64,000 nt of DNA. It comes from Felis catus. Taxonomy: Eukaryota. The stretch is from the NCBI RefSeq assembly GCF_018350175.1, contig NC_058368.1:183646001-183710000 (forward strand), in the 5' to 3' direction. Below the pieces are notes generated by a model. It was not told the origin of the DNA and did not search any database. It saw only the letters and a list, made by a program, of their open reading frames with translations. Position 1 is the first letter of the stretch, and every line of letters starts with the position of its first letter. The translations under genes and the position numbers were made by a program. Shown piece after piece: positions 1 through 12,961 of the stretch.

Positions 1-165
1 AAGGTACTATACCAGGTCCTCCTCAATACCCAGACGGCAGCCAGACTTTAGGGACTTGAGCCTTGAGTACTTATCTCACAGCTGAAGGAAGCTGTGCCTG
101 ACATATGGTCCTGTGCAGATCTTGGTGACTTCCAAATCAAATTTATAAAGAAGAAAAGTAGCTAA
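1..165 (+). pseudogene. ERV (class I) pol integrase C-terminal remnant
   Basis: Frame 1 reads KVLYQVLLNTQTAARL*GLEP*VLISQLKEAVPDIWSCADLGDFQIKF, matching the (W)KGPYQVLLTTxTAxKLxGxxPWVHxSQLK GPY/F motif at the end of gammaretrovirus-like integrases; two in-frame stops. Confidence 0.75.
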
Positions 166-218
166 TTTTGAGGTAGACTGCCTCCTCCCAAAACAATGGA
201 TCAAGACATCCTAATTTA

Positions 219-391
219 GGGGCATGTGGGTGGCTTAGTCAGGTTAAGCATCCAACTTCAGCTCAGGTCACAATCTCACAGCTCGTGAGTTAGAGCCACA
301 TGTTGGGCTTTGTGCTGACAGCTCAGAACTTGGATCCTACTTTGGATTCTGTGTCTTCATCCCTTTCTGCCCCTCCCCTGATTGCTCGCTT

Positions 392-429
<38 letters not shown>

Positions 430-457
430 TTCAAAAATAAACATAAAAAAAAGTTTT
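219..457 (+). mobile_element. Can-SINE (feliform SINEC)
   Basis: GGGGCA..GGGTGGCTTAGTC head, (CT)n, A-rich tail; degenerate TSD aagacatcctaattta / aaggcttcctacttta. Confidence 0.95.
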
Positions 458-480
458 AAGGCTTCCTACTTTAACTAAAC

Positions 481-1190
481 ATGAAACACTTTTCTTCTTT
501 TTTTTACTCTAGTATTGGCTTAGAACAATAATGCTATGATCTGAATCTCCCAGGCTATTGCTAACAGGGGTAACTTTTCTGACTGTTTTATCTACCACCA
601 GAAACTCCAATCTCTTCATGATGTTAGAGATACCTTAGTCTTACCCATAACCAATTTCTCTTATGATCTATTTCCCTGCACTCAAGCAAGAGAAATACAA
701 ACAGACTAACTCTTCATCGCAAGGCTTTTGGAAAAGACCACTTTAAGATGAGATAGTACCTCACAGAATGTCATCCCAATTCCTCTGATCCCTGTTTTGA
801 AAAGGCCAATCAAGAAATTCCAAATAATGGATCTCTCAATAACCAGATCTTAGCTGGAGTCTCTGCGCTTCACCTGGTTTCATTTTTATCCACAGTGAAT
901 TGTATTTTCAATAGGCATGTGAAAGTTTAGATAGCTGTTTAGATAGAAGGAATGAGTCTAACACAAATCGTGCATGTGTGAATCACACATATTTGTGAAA
1001 ATCTCTATTGTTGGGTCAGACATGATGTTAAATATTGATTTCATTTCCATAGGATGAAGTAATGTCATGAGGATAATCAATCACACTTTCTAAATTTCTA
1101 AACAAATTGATATTTATCTCTTATACTTATATTCCTCCAGACACCTAGGGGCTATATTTACGGAACAATGGAGGTTTGGAGAGGGAGTCT
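481..1190 (+). pseudogene. ERV env (SU) remnant, TM part apparently deleted
   Basis: Reads NNAMI*ISQAIANRGNFSDCFIYHQK..DTLVLPITNFS (degenerate CWICH/CxxC motif at ~584) and TPRGYIYG near 1145; lies between pol end and LTR; multiple stops. Confidence 0.55.
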
Positions 1191-1196
1191 CCCCAG

Positions 1197-1582
1197 TGAA
1201 TGGGGTTAAATTCATTAAACAAGGAAGCCATTAGACCAGTAGCTCTAATGCTGTGATGGCTTTAAAAAATAAGTAAGTAAGTAAGTAAGTAAGCAAATAA
1301 ATAAATAAAAATCTAAGCCTATAAATGCCTCCAGGTCATAAAATTTAAACCTAAAGACAACCAGTTACAGTCAACTTGGCTTTAAGCTATAGTCAATCAA
1401 TAATTTCCTTACTTTACTTCCATCTTCTCTCCATAGCAATCTCTCCCAGAGCAGCTGTCCATGGAGAGCTGTTAATCACTTCCAGTTTGGCACAGCCCTT
1501 TTCAAATAGATTTTTGCTTTAAAAAAGTACTTTAAAAATGTAACATATTTTAGTTTCTCTTTTTTAAAAAGTATGTATTTAT

Positions 1583-1630
<48 letters not shown>

Positions 1631-1794
1631 CAAGTGGGAGGTGGGGGAAGGATCCCAAGCAGGCTCTGCGCTGTAGTGTAGACACCAGGAGCCATCTCAC
1701 AAGCCATGAGATCAAGAACTGGGCTGAAATCAAGAGTCAGACACTTAACTAACGGAGCCATCCAGGCATCTCATGCTTTAGTTTATTTTTAACA
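1197..1794 (+). mobile_element. ERV1-class 3' LTR (MER34-like), interrupted by a SINE
   Basis: Begins TGAA.. after a purine-rich stretch, ends ..TTTTAACA; positioned directly after the env remnant; family name from recall. Confidence 0.55.
1562..1770 (-). mobile_element. Can-SINE inserted in LTR
   Basis: T-rich tail, (GA)n, reverse-complement SINE head; flanking catattttagttt / catgctttagttt repeat. Confidence 0.93.
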
Positions 1795-1949
1795 GTGGTA
1801 AATCTTTCATGTAAGCTTTCAAAGTGGGTATAAGCTAAGAGTGCTAAACTTTGATTCATCATATAATCACACTTAAGAATTATAGTTGCAAGAGAGTCAG
1901 AAATATAGAAAGAAAGAGAAGTATCGATGTAAAATAACAAAACAAAAAA

Positions 1950-2135
1950 GCAGAGAAAGACAAATACTGTATGATCTCTTATAAGCCAAAATGTAAAAAA
2001 ATAAAAATTTAAAAATTTAAAAAAAACACACAAGTTAATAGATAAAGGGGGCAGGTTGGTACTTCACAGAGTTGAGGGATCAGGGTTAAGAGAAATGAAT
2101 GAACTGATGTGTTTTTAAGTCTAAATAAACTGAAT
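1950..2135 (+). mobile_element. LINE-1 3' end fragment
   Basis: AAGACAAATACTGTATGATCTC.. typical of the L1 ORF2 end/3'UTR. Confidence 0.55.
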
Positions 2136-2363
2136 TATATCTATCTATCTATACCTATATCTATATCTATATAGACAAACACACATTATATATATACATA
2201 CATACATATACATACATTATATATATACATATACATGCATATATACACACATACACACATATACATATATATAACACATAAAATATATAATATATATTAT
2301 ATTGATAATATAGTATATAATATAGTATATATTATATTTATAATATAGTATATAATATATATA
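2136..2363. repeat. (TA/CA)n AT-rich simple repeat
   Basis: Directly visible. Confidence 0.9.
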
Positions 2364-3639
2364 AGTTAATTATAGTTGCATGAGAATAAGGTATACGGTA
2401 AAAGAGAAAGAATCTGAGGTAAAAGGAAATATCCCTTGATATTTCCAAGGATATTCCTTCTGCCATGTCCTAAGCCACACCAATTTGACAATACTTTCTC
2501 TAGATGATAATACAGCAGAAGCCTAAGCAAAGCCATCATTGAAAATTTCTTCATTTATATTGTTCAGCTGTCTTCATGCGCTGTTCCTTGATGGCTATGA
2601 ATGGAAAACAATCCTTGTTATGTTAGATCACAACAAATTCCTAGTTGTTATAGGGAATGAATTTAGCCTTTTAGCCCCCTACTATAACCTGAATAACTTC
2701 ATCTGAAAATGTTCTCTGTTGACTACAGAGGCAGTAACAAATGTCATTTCATTATTTGAGAGCAAAACCCATAGTTATTTTCCCATAGTGTTTTACATCC
2801 TCACAATAACACAATACTTTTCATACCATGAACAATCCACTGTTTAGTATGTAATACACAAGAGGATAAGCTACAGCAATATGCATGTCCATGTATATAC
2901 ACATTTCATTTCTAGAGCTAGCGTGTCCCCAAGAGTTGCTTAAGGTAGAGATAAGGACAGCACCAAACTTTTAAACTTCCCATTTGTGTAATGCAATAAG
3001 ATGATCTTAAAATTGCTAACACCCTGCCCAGGGATGTTCCATCACTGCTAACCTGCCTACAACTTAGTAAATTATGAATCTGAAGAGATTACAACTGTCA
3101 TCTTCATCTCTTACACTGGCAAAAGATTCATATTTCAAATCCGGGCTATCTTTGCATATGAGTTGGTGTTATATTGTCCTGCCACCAACTAATCATGATT
3201 TGGAAAGATGATGAGTTGTCCAAACGCAAACATGCATTTTCCTCTTATCACAGCAGCACAGTTCACTTTAACAGAGTTAAAGGAGCATCAGCATTTCCAT
3301 TATAAACTCACGACTTCAAGAGGTTATGTGTGTTGTGAAAGTTCACGGTAAGAAGAATTTTTTCAATGCAGTGTGTTCTGGAATACTTAATAATAAAACT
3401 ATACTAAAAATCTTAAACCTGAAATTGTGTCTTTTAAATATATTTTTGACTTAAAATTCAGTAAATGATTATTTCCATCTTACAAATGGTATTGCTTTCC
3501 CTCATCACAAAACATTAAATCATGTATGAAAAGAGGCTTTGGGATAAACTAGCATTGGGCAACAAATGAAAGTTAAACATTCTACTTTCTTATTTTACAT
3601 GTTCCAGATGTGAACAAAGCACTGTATCCTCCTGACGAC

Positions 3640-4054
3640 AGTAGATATTCTGGGAGGAGTCCATGATCCATGGTGGCCAATCAGAATAAAGCCCATGAAT
3701 TTGGGAATGAGTCCAGCAAGGTATCCATTTTTACTGCTAGACATGAACTTTAGGCAAATTGATGCTGGGGCTTCTTTAGACACCTTTCCACCAAGAGAGT
3801 AGAGTATGGAACTGACAGATGTGACTATGTGCAGCTGTTGAGGTAGGCAGCACAGGTGGAATATATACCAGAGAAAATTCAGCTCTAATGACATTATCTG
3901 AGCCCCTAACACAGTTGTTTTCTGAATTCAGCCTTATCCATGGATGTTTTAGTTACATGATCTGATAAATTCTTTCTCTCTCTCTTTCTCTTCCATTAAG
4001 CCACCGCAGTTAGGCTTTTCTGTGACTTAAAGCTAAATGCCCCTAAATTGATAC
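3640..4054 (+). mobile_element. MaLR solo LTR (MLT1-type)
   Basis: GGCCAATCAGAAT.., TGAGCCCCT.., TTAGTTACATGA..ATAAATTC..TTAAGCCA..GTGACTT..TGATACA terminus. Confidence 0.6.
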
Positions 4055-4099
4055 AGCCTCCTAATCCATCTATTCCATCTGGGCTCTAGGCTCTTTAAT

Positions 4100-4480
4100 C
4101 AATCCAGTGCTTTCTTACCAGACTGATCTTCCTTGAAACACACTTCATCATGTTATTGTTTAAAAACAAGTGGGGGAAAATGTGCCACTCCTAGCGATGT
4201 CCATCACATCAAGTCCAACACCAGAATCTGAAATCTGAAGGCTTCCTTTGTATATCACAAAATACACAAGTTCATCCACAATATATATATTCCAATGAAA
4301 CTAGTTAAACACTGCTTCTTCCTCTCCTCTCGTGTTTTAACTCCATGTCGCTATTCATGATATTTCCTGTTCCTGGGATGACTTATAGGGAAATCTTTCT
4401 TAAATCTCAAGGATCTTAGTATCTTCCAAACCTTTCTTAGATACTGTCTACTTTCAATTGTCTACCTATAGTCTGGCACT
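4100..4480 (+). mobile_element. L2 fragment (old)
   Basis: CCAGACTGATCTTCC..CATCATGTTA..CATCAAGTCCAACACC L2-like segments; highly decayed. Confidence 0.35.
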
Positions 4481-5339
4481 ATCTTGGCACTATCTGCGTA
4501 CCTTTCCAGATAATGGTTTTCCTGAATTCAGTGAAAGTTGTAATAATTAATTTAAATCCCTATACTCGGGAGGACTCACTGGCTATGGGTAATAGGACTG
4601 ACCTTAAACAAGAGAGGAAAACATTGTATGAGGGTTTCAGGATGTTTCAAGGAAACCAGGGAAGGTGTGACATTCAAGATGAAGGCACTCCTCAAACCTC
4701 GTATCCTCTTTGTGCAACTACTTGATACTCTAATCTTTAGACTCTCGGTCCCTCCTTCTTCCCTCGCCTTCCTTTTTTTGTCCTCTGTTCTATTCCATTA
4801 TACTCTCTCACTTCTCTCCCCTCTCTCTCACATCCATCTTTCTCTCTTCCCACTGACATTCTGACCTTTTTTGGTTGCCTGCTGGACTACAGTCCACCCA
4901 TAAGAATAACTGACTAGTAGTAAACCCCAAATGCCAAATTCCTGACATACAATTAATGTTGTTGTTTTTGAGTCAAACACCATTGGTTCAGTCAGACATA
5001 GACATAGGAGGAGATTTTGTAAAAACAGCCACAATCTTTCAAGTTACAGAAGTGACTTTGGAGGAAAAAAACAGTGAAGTAGACACTCCCATATATGTCC
5101 ACTACAATTTCCAAACAAAATTAGCGTATTATTTTAATGCATACTATTGATAGGAGTTTCACAAACGATATAGGGGGTGACTTAAACCCTAAAGAATTAG
5201 AGTCATAAAACTAGATAGAAAAGTCTAGACAAATGGATGAGAAATGGATGATTAATTTGAAGGAGACATATGAGTCTTTCAATGGTCAATTAACACTAGC
5301 ATCGATGACTTTAGGGTCAGAATAGCATACACAGTTAAA

Positions 5340-6466
5340 GAGGGCACACTTTCCATGTTTGTAAATTTAAAAATGTTCTGAGGTCTTTCAATAAAGATGG
5401 AGTAACAGAAACTGGACAGGGACTCTCCATCCTGAAACAAACAACAACGTTAGACAAAATGTATTTTAAGATTATTTTGAAGATACTGGACAGCAGGAAA
5501 CAGAGCACAGTAATCCTTGAGACCAAAGAGTAAAAGGACTTAGCCATACAATTGTACCAGCATGTACTACTTGAAGTTCTCAGGCCATAACATCGGGATG
5601 GGTAAAGAAGTTGAATCACTAGAGCTGTTCAATGATCTTCTGTTGTTTCTAATTCTAACTGTCTACATACAATACAAGACATGAAGTTGAGAGTTTGGGA
5701 AGACCAAGGTAGCTAGAGTTTACAAGGGAGAGTACAGGAATTACATTAGAGAGAACTCTGGAAATTTCACAGGTTAGGAAGAATACCTTTCCAGCCATAG
5801 TGGAAACCCTCATAATTAATAAGGCACTGAGCAGAGCATCAGAAGTCTTGCCTCAGTCCTGGATAATAAATTTAAAAGGATTTGAATAAGACAAAGTATG
5901 TTCATTGACTACTACAGAATTCAATTAGAAATCGACAATTAAAAACATATTTACACAATACCCAAATATGTCAAAACTAAATAATACATTTCTATAAAAG
6001 AAGAAATCCATCAAAGAAGAAATCCAAAGAGAAACTGGAAAATAATTTGAATAAAAATAAAAGCACAGCATATTAAAATATATGGAATGCAGCTAAAAAC
6101 AGTTCTTAGAGGGAAGCTGATAAGTCTAACCACCTTTGTTAGGAAAAAAAAGAAAGGTCTCAAATAACACTGATTTCAAACTTAAGAAACTAAACAAAAA
6201 AAAACAAAAACAAAAACAAAAAACAAAAAACAAAAAAAAAAAGGAAGAAGAAAAATTACCTCCCAAAAAGAAATTAATGAAGATTAAAGGAGAAAACAAT
6301 AAAATAGAAATCAGAAAAGTATAAGGGTGCCTGCTGGGTGGCTCAGTGGGTTAGGTGTCCAACTCTTGGTTTCGGCTCATGTCATGATCTCATGGTTTGT
6401 GAGTTAGAGCCCTGCATTGGGCTCTGTGCTGACAGCATTGACCTGCTTGACATTCTCTCTCTCCCC

Positions 6467-6499
<33 letters not shown>

Positions 6500-6775
6500 G
6501 CCTCTTCCCTACTCACTTTCTTTCCCAAAAATAAAGTGGAAAAAAAAAAAAAGAAATCAGAATAGCATATAGAAAAATCAATAAAACCAAAAGCCAGTTC
6601 TTTGAAAGATCAATAAAATGATTAAGTCTTTAGAGTAATCAAGGAAAAAGGGAGATGATACTAATTAGTAGTATCAGCAATAAGAAGAATGGCATCACCA
6701 CAGATTCTACAGTTTTAAAGGAATAAGGGAATATAATTAATTTCTCAATGCCAATAAATTCAACAATTTAGATAG
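5340..6775 (+). mobile_element. Old LINE-1 (L1M-type) fragment: 5' region joined to ORF2 endonuclease-adjacent region
   Basis: AAAGTATGTTCATTGACTAC..AATTAGAAATC (SMFSDHNGIKLEI-like), TGGAATGCAGCTAAAAACAGTTCTTAGAGGGAA, CAGTTCTTTGAAAGATCAATAAAA. Confidence 0.7.
6325..6551 (+). mobile_element. Can-SINE inside old L1
   Basis: SINE head/CT/polyA; TSD agaaatcagaaaagtata / agaaatcagaatagcata. Confidence 0.95.
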
Positions 6776-7391
6776 GGGACCAGTTAACTTTCCCTGCTCC
6801 CCCAGGACCAAGGCTGACACAGCAGAATCACCACAGTCAGCCACAAGCCCATTCTAGGCACATCTTCTTGCCACTTGAGCAAAGGACACAAGGAAATACC
6901 ATACCAGACATAAGGCAGAGTCAATAAGCAAGTGGAAATGAGCTAAGAGAAGTTAGTTTTTCTGTGACAATGAAGGTACTGAAACTTCAAACATGGGGTA
7001 GGGAGGATAAAGATTAGAGAAGGCTCTCTTTCAGTTATATGAAACCATTAATAGCCAAGTGAGAAGTTTTGAAAGTTCAAAGCCTTGACATGGTATGAAG
7101 GGTCAAACATTTACAAATTTTGAAGAAAATTAATAGCCATGCTGGGTTTTCTTAAGTAAATGGTAAGCTTCAGAGGGAGAAAATCAATAGTTATTTTTTT
7201 TTAAGTCTGCTTTGAAAATATCAGACCAGTATTTTTTCTAATGATTGAACAATTTCATTGTAACATTATTAGTGGCAGGTACTGATGAGAAAAAAAGACA
7301 CTGGAGAGCAGAATGTATCTGAAGTAGGAGAAACATTATAGCTACATAGTAGCAACAAAGTATCAGTAGTACCCAGGTAAGTTCATCATAC

Positions 7392-7585
7392 ACCTCTTCC
7401 TCATTGGGGAGTTTTGTTCACAGTGGATACTTGGTCATGGCTGGAGATGTTTGTGGTTGCCATGTACCAGGGATGTACTGGCATCTAGGGATGCTATTAA
7501 ACTTCCTACAGTGTACAGGATACCACCACCACCAAAAGAATGATCTGGCCCAAATTGTCAATATTGCCAAGGTTGAGAATCCCTG
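7392..7585 (+). mobile_element. MER20 (hAT DNA transposon relic)
   Basis: CTGGAGATGTTTGTGGTTG..TACTGGCATCTAGGGATGCT..AATGATCTGGCCCAAATTGTCAATATTGCCAAGGTTGAGAATCCCTG. Confidence 0.85.
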
Positions 7586-7729
7586 TTTTTTGTTTGTTTG
7601 TTTTGTTGTTGTTGTTGATGGCTTTTTTGTTTGTTTGTTTGTTTTTTTAGTATGTATTTCCTCAACCTCCATATACCGGGTACCATTCCAGCTAGGGGAA
7701 GAAACCAAAAAAAACAAATAAACAAATAA

Positions 7730-8260
7730 ACTCATTGCTGGGAAAGGTCATTTAAAGACATCCCTGCCAGTTGACCCAAGAGCTGACCCTGGGCACTCAA
7801 AGACATCTCACCCCCACCCAGTCCTTGAAATGTGGGTTCCATTTGCCTTTCCTACTCCCAGAGGTTTCACCAGGGATAAAGCCTTGAGATACTCATGTGG
7901 TGCTAAGAACACCTGCATGGTATACAAGAATGAACTTTGGTGGATTTGTGCATGCATCCACTCACCTTGCCCAAGATAAACAGCATTGTATAGAGCGTTT
8001 GTGTTTATTTGGGAAATATAACCATCCTCAAGATAACCATTCCATCCATTGGAAACTTGTGTAACATATTTTATCCTTAAATTAACCAAATAATACCCTC
8101 TGCCAACATTTTCTCATTATCTATGATGTATACTCATGCTATTGTGTACCATACAGCCTGCACACCTGGTCAGGGGGCCCTGATGACGAATGGTGGGGTT
8201 CTAGATTAGAGTGTCAAAACCGAAAGATCTTGTCAAACTATTGTTTTTCTGACGGTGACA
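7730..8260. mobile_element. Probable old LTR remnant (family unassigned)
   Basis: Relatively GC-richer block ending ..GGTGACA with LTR-like composition; not firmly recognised. Confidence 0.3.
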
Positions 8261-9312
8261 GTGCAATTCCATGGAGCCAAGAGTTACTCACGTGACAGAT
8301 GTGTACTTAGCACATATGCTCACTGCTTATGCATATTGTTTTCTACATAGCCCTATAGATTTGTAGAGAATGAAAAATGAAAGGAAATATGGAGATAAGC
8401 TTTAAGAAAATGAAATTTTATATTTTGATTAATTATCATCAGAGTCAATAATAATGAGGGAAAATGGCTTATGAATGAGATAGATTAGGAATGAGATCAC
8501 TGGACTGCTGTTAAGAAAAGAGAAAATGCTTATCTGTCTTGAAATAAAGACTATACATTTGAATAGTACATAAGTATATATGTTAAAGTTATTAATAAAA
8601 GCACTGTTATAGAGACATAGCTCAGAAAAGAGTGAGCAGAATGATTAAAAGTGCTAGAGGTAATAATATCTAGAGTTAAGCTTATATTGCATTTCTAAGA
8701 AAGGAAAAATGAAACTAACCATAATCTAAGTAAACATATATAAACATATTAATTAGGTTATATGATATAGAGATAAATAAAAAAAGAAAATGACTCATGA
8801 AGAATACAGGAAGTTCCCTTTTTGCCAAAAACTTCAGTCTTTTCCATATTTACAAAATAAATATGGTTGTAAATGGCTGAGGGCAGATGAGTTACAAACA
8901 TTAAACACGAACAAGCAAACAAACAACAATAAAATTAACCCATTAGAAAAAAAAAGAGGATAAAGCCTAAGATTACTTGCAGTCCTTTTTCTGAGGAAAT
9001 AACCTAGCAAGTTTAGGGAATTATTTATTTAGGGAATGAACCAGGAGTGTAAGAAAAGCCCAGAAAGTAGAAGATGAGAAAGGTTGTCTGAAAAGTAGCA
9101 GCAGTAAAGGGCTATGCAGAGTGTAGACATCCGTAAAACACACAATAAAGAAAATAGACAAAGTACAAGAGAATGTAGTGAAATACTGAAGATGGAAAAA
9201 CAAAGAAGGAATCTCAGAGATTAAAAAAAAGGGAAGTTCACAAAATAAGCACATCACTGTAATAAATAGTAATAATTCATCTTTGAGGGATATTTGCCAT
9301 ATTCATGAAAAA

Positions 9313-9432
9313 GGAGGGAGGGAGGGAGGGAGGGAGGGAAGGAAGGAAGGAAGGAAGGAAGGAAGGAAGGAAGGAAGGAAGGAAGGAAGGAAGGAAGAGA
9401 CAGAGGGAAGGAGGGAGGAGGGGGGAGGGAGG
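9313..9432. repeat. Compound (GGGA)n(GGAA)n microsatellite
   Basis: Directly visible. Confidence 0.95.
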
Positions 9433-9729
9433 ATGGAGAAGCAGATCAAAACACCAGTCCTGAAAAATGACCTCACTAGAGAATATGTCCCCATCTCCTC
9501 CCTCTGTGAAGAAGGCCTCCTGGCCAAAGCAAATCTTACAATTCAATAGTATGTTGGTAATTAGTTGAAATGTTTAATTTAACGGTTTAGTAAATTCAGC
9601 TAATAGTTTATCTCAAGTGTGTGATTAAGTTATTCTTGAGGAAATTCCTTTTTTTCTGTTGTTCCAAATCTCAATTAAGATTTCTAACATGGTATTCTTT
9701 GTTTCAAAAATATCCTAATCCAAAAGAGA

Positions 9730-11220
9730 AATAAGATGGATCTACATCTTAATCCTCGTTTGAAAATGTCCCATAGATGAATCAAAATCTAACTGCACAA
9801 AAATACAAAGCAGATAAGTACAAAGAGCAGCAAAAAATTGTTATAAAATCTTTGACTAAGAAAGGTCTAATATTACATAAATCCAGGAGCCCTATAAAAG
9901 GATAAATTTGTATACTTAAAATATTTTAAAATTTCCATTCATAAGAAATGAAGTAATCTTAAAGTAAGTTACCTTAAAGTAAACAGATAAATGACAATTG
10001 GAAGGAAATATATATAATGAGTGTGATACACAGTAGCCTAATCTCTTAATACTTAAAGAGGTTTAAATAATCAGTTAAAAAATTAGAAAAAACAGGAAGA
10101 TAAAAATAGACAATTTCATGGAAAAGTATATATAAACAGCTATTAAGTACCTGGATTAATATTTAGACTCCTTCATTGTGAAATACAAATACACTAAGAT
10201 ATTAAAATTCAAATTAAAAATACACTGATACTGAAATTAAAATTAAAAATACACTAACATAGCATTTTCGTTTAGCAAACTGGCAAATATCAAAAGATGG
10301 GTAACAATTTGTTAGTGAGATTAGAGAAAGAAACAAGTACTCTCATATATGTTAATGTTAATATAATTATTAAAATGTATTTATATTCCATGTAAACTTT
10401 GGCACCACAATTCCAATAGGAAATTATTCTACAGATTATCATGAACTATGAAGAGTCTGAGGCTTTCTCCTACTTTTGAATTAACAATTAACCTGTCACA
10501 GTTTCACAGATGTTGGCAGAAGATTGGAGACTCCTGAGCCAGAAATGAACTTTATCACTTATGGGATAGGAAGCATCCTGAGCTATATGTTCTTATTGGT
10601 TCCCTTTGTCCTTTCAAGTCCCACAAAGATTAACAGGGAAGGGGCAAGATGGATGTTGCCTGCATTAAGGGTTTGCATCACAGCTGAGGAACCATGAGCT
10701 TAGGAATCTGAATCTTTATGCTGACAAGTAACTAAACATGCTCTCCTTCCAGAAAGAGACACCATCTCTCTCTTCCATGGTTATTTGCCACACAAACCTC
10801 TTTGATGAGACAGTCCCAAATAAAATAGCAGTTACTGCCTTTGTTCACAAGATACACACAAAAGTAATCGACCCATGGAATATAGCTTCCTAACACAGAT
10901 ATTTCATGCAAAGTTTGGAGTTGCAGTATTTTCACTGTAGCTCTGTAAAATAGCAAACTGTTAGAAATATATAAAATACCCATTAACTACTAAACCTACT
11001 AGTAAGCTTATACATGATGATACATGAATGTATAATAAAGGCAGGAAAGTAGTATATCTATTTTTCAAGTTATACTTCCTAGAACCTAAATTCACTCATA
11101 TAATGAATGAAAAAAAATGGTAACAGCATTGCATCTAGGGGGGAAAAACTGCATAGTTGGGGGTATGTGGAAAAGAAAATTAATTTTTATGATATGTTTT
11201 TGTGCCTTTTGAATTTTGTC
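9730..11220 (+). mobile_element. Old LINE-1 (L1ME/MC-like) 3' fragment, split by an LTR
   Basis: Decayed ORF2-end motifs (GATCTACATCTTAATCC, AAACTGGCAAATATCAAAAGATG, CACAATTCCAATAGGAAATTATTCTACAGAT). Confidence 0.5.
10449..10895 (-). mobile_element. ERVL-class solo LTR (MER54/73/74/88-like)
   Basis: TG..CA termini; CCTACTT..TAACAA..CCTGTCACAGTTTCACAGATGTTGGCAGAAGA..GAGACTCCTG..CTTTATCACT signature; exact family uncertain. Confidence 0.6.
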
Positions 11221-11719
11221 ACATTTATCTATTCAGAAAATTTATTATTTTTGTAGAAATATATTCAAATTTACTAGTCCATTCTTGACCCTGAACTCAT
11301 GCCCAGGTAGGGCTCCACTGTGCCATATTTTTATTCCTAACTGATAGAGAGTAAAATGAAAGAGGTTCCTAAACCACTCAGTATAAATTAGAGTCCCTAC
11401 CAACATTATTTTCAATATCAGTACCCCAGTTTTATTCCTATAAAACATCATAAATGTAAATAATCTATCTGGGTGCTATATGTTTTTATTTTTCTCCATA
11501 ATAAAGAACACTGTAATCTCTACTCTCTAGCCTATGGTAAAAGTCCTTTATAAAAATTATCTAGCCCACAGTAAAAGTCCACTATAAAAATTAGAGGAAC
11601 TTAATTAATTAAGACAACACACTAAACATTAAAGTCTAACTTACGACTACTATTTTCTTGTACAATTTTAAGAAGAGATTGATAAGATTAATGGAGGGGG
11701 TTAAAGAGCTTAATACTTT

Positions 11720-11937
11720 GGGGTACCTGGGTGGCTCAGTTGGTTAAATGTCCAACTTCAGTTCAGGTCATGATCGTGCAGTTTGTGAGTTCGAGCCCTG
11801 TGTTGGGCTCTGTGCTGATAGCTCAGAACCTGGAGCCTGCTTCGGATTCTGTGTCTCCTCCTGTCTCTCTCTGTCTTTCAATAAATAAACATTATTTTTT
11901 TTAAATAACAGGAATTACCATTAAAATTTTTTTAAAA
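11720..11937 (+). mobile_element. Can-SINE (feliform)
   Basis: GGGGTACCTGGGTGGCTCAGTTGGTTAA..GCTCAGAACCTGGAGCCTGCTTCGGATTCTG. Confidence 0.95.
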
Positions 11938-12068
11938 AGTATACTTTGGTACAAATTTTCGTTAGGAATTACCCCAATCCCAAGGAGTGATAATGATATC
12001 TTATATTAATGTACTGATGTGAATTAGAACAATAGATTCCCATTACTTAGATGCCTCTTGCTATGGAG

Positions 12069-12290
12069 CAGAAATCAGCTGACTATAGCCTAGAGGTCAA
12101 ATATGGCCCATTATCTCTTCTGTAAATAAAGTTTTACTGGAACACAGCCACGCTCATTCATTTACATATTGTCTATGACTGCTGTCACACTACACTGCAA
12201 AAGCAGAGTTGAGTGGTTGCAACAGAGATTACAAAGCCTAAAATATTTACTATCTGGCTGTTTACAGAAAAAAAAAATTGCTGACTGCTG
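12069..12290 (+). mobile_element. MER58A (hAT-Charlie MITE)
   Basis: GTAAATAAAGTTTTACTGGAACACAGCCACGCTCATTCATTTACATATTGTCTATG..AAAGCCTAAAATATTTACTATCTGGC; CAG..CTG termini. Confidence 0.9.
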
Positions 12291-12961
12291 TTCTAGAGGT
12301 CTTCGTGGAGCTCCAAATAATGGTGAGAGCAGATGCTGTCACCAACATTACAAAGAAATTGAATAACCATCAGCACTGGGACAAAAATTATTCAAAGTCT
12401 TTTGTCTGGATAGGAAAAGAATACAATCTTTATATGAAAATTCTTTTAAAAGATTCCTTGAAAAGAATAACTGCTTATTATCAGGAAAAGACAGGGCAAG
12501 AAGCATGGGCAATGAGAAACTTCCATTATCTTTCAGACAAGTCTCCTGAGGTAATGCCATTCTAATTGTTTATTCAAGAGGTCATTTTGTGTTCAGATAC
12601 AAATCAGACTCTAAAAATGGAAGGTGAGTGCCATTTCCATGTTCTCAATTACTCTGTCAGAGCTTAACAGTCATACGCATTTCCCCTATTAAATTATTGG
12701 TGATAGACAAGTGGTGTAAACCAACAGGACAGCCTATATATTCCAAGTAGCATGGCTGTTCCTTCCATACTCCCCAGGCTCTCTTCTGTTTAAGGTGAAC
12801 TTAGGCTCTAAAATAGATATATCTATTCAGTATTAACAAAGGTGCTACTTTGGTAATGTGTTACGAGTATGTACATGTCCACCAACTAAAATCAGAACTC
12901 AGATTGTCAGCCCATTATTTGGGTTATCCTGGAAGAACTGGTAAAGAAAACTCTTAATAAC

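Noticed and set aside
481..1190. Possible domesticated env gene (syncytin/HEMO-like)
   Set aside because: Multiple stops and frameshifts; no TM/ISD region visible
9021..9549. ORFs with PSFL/EGRK repeats
   Set aside because: Translations of the GGAA microsatellite and its flank
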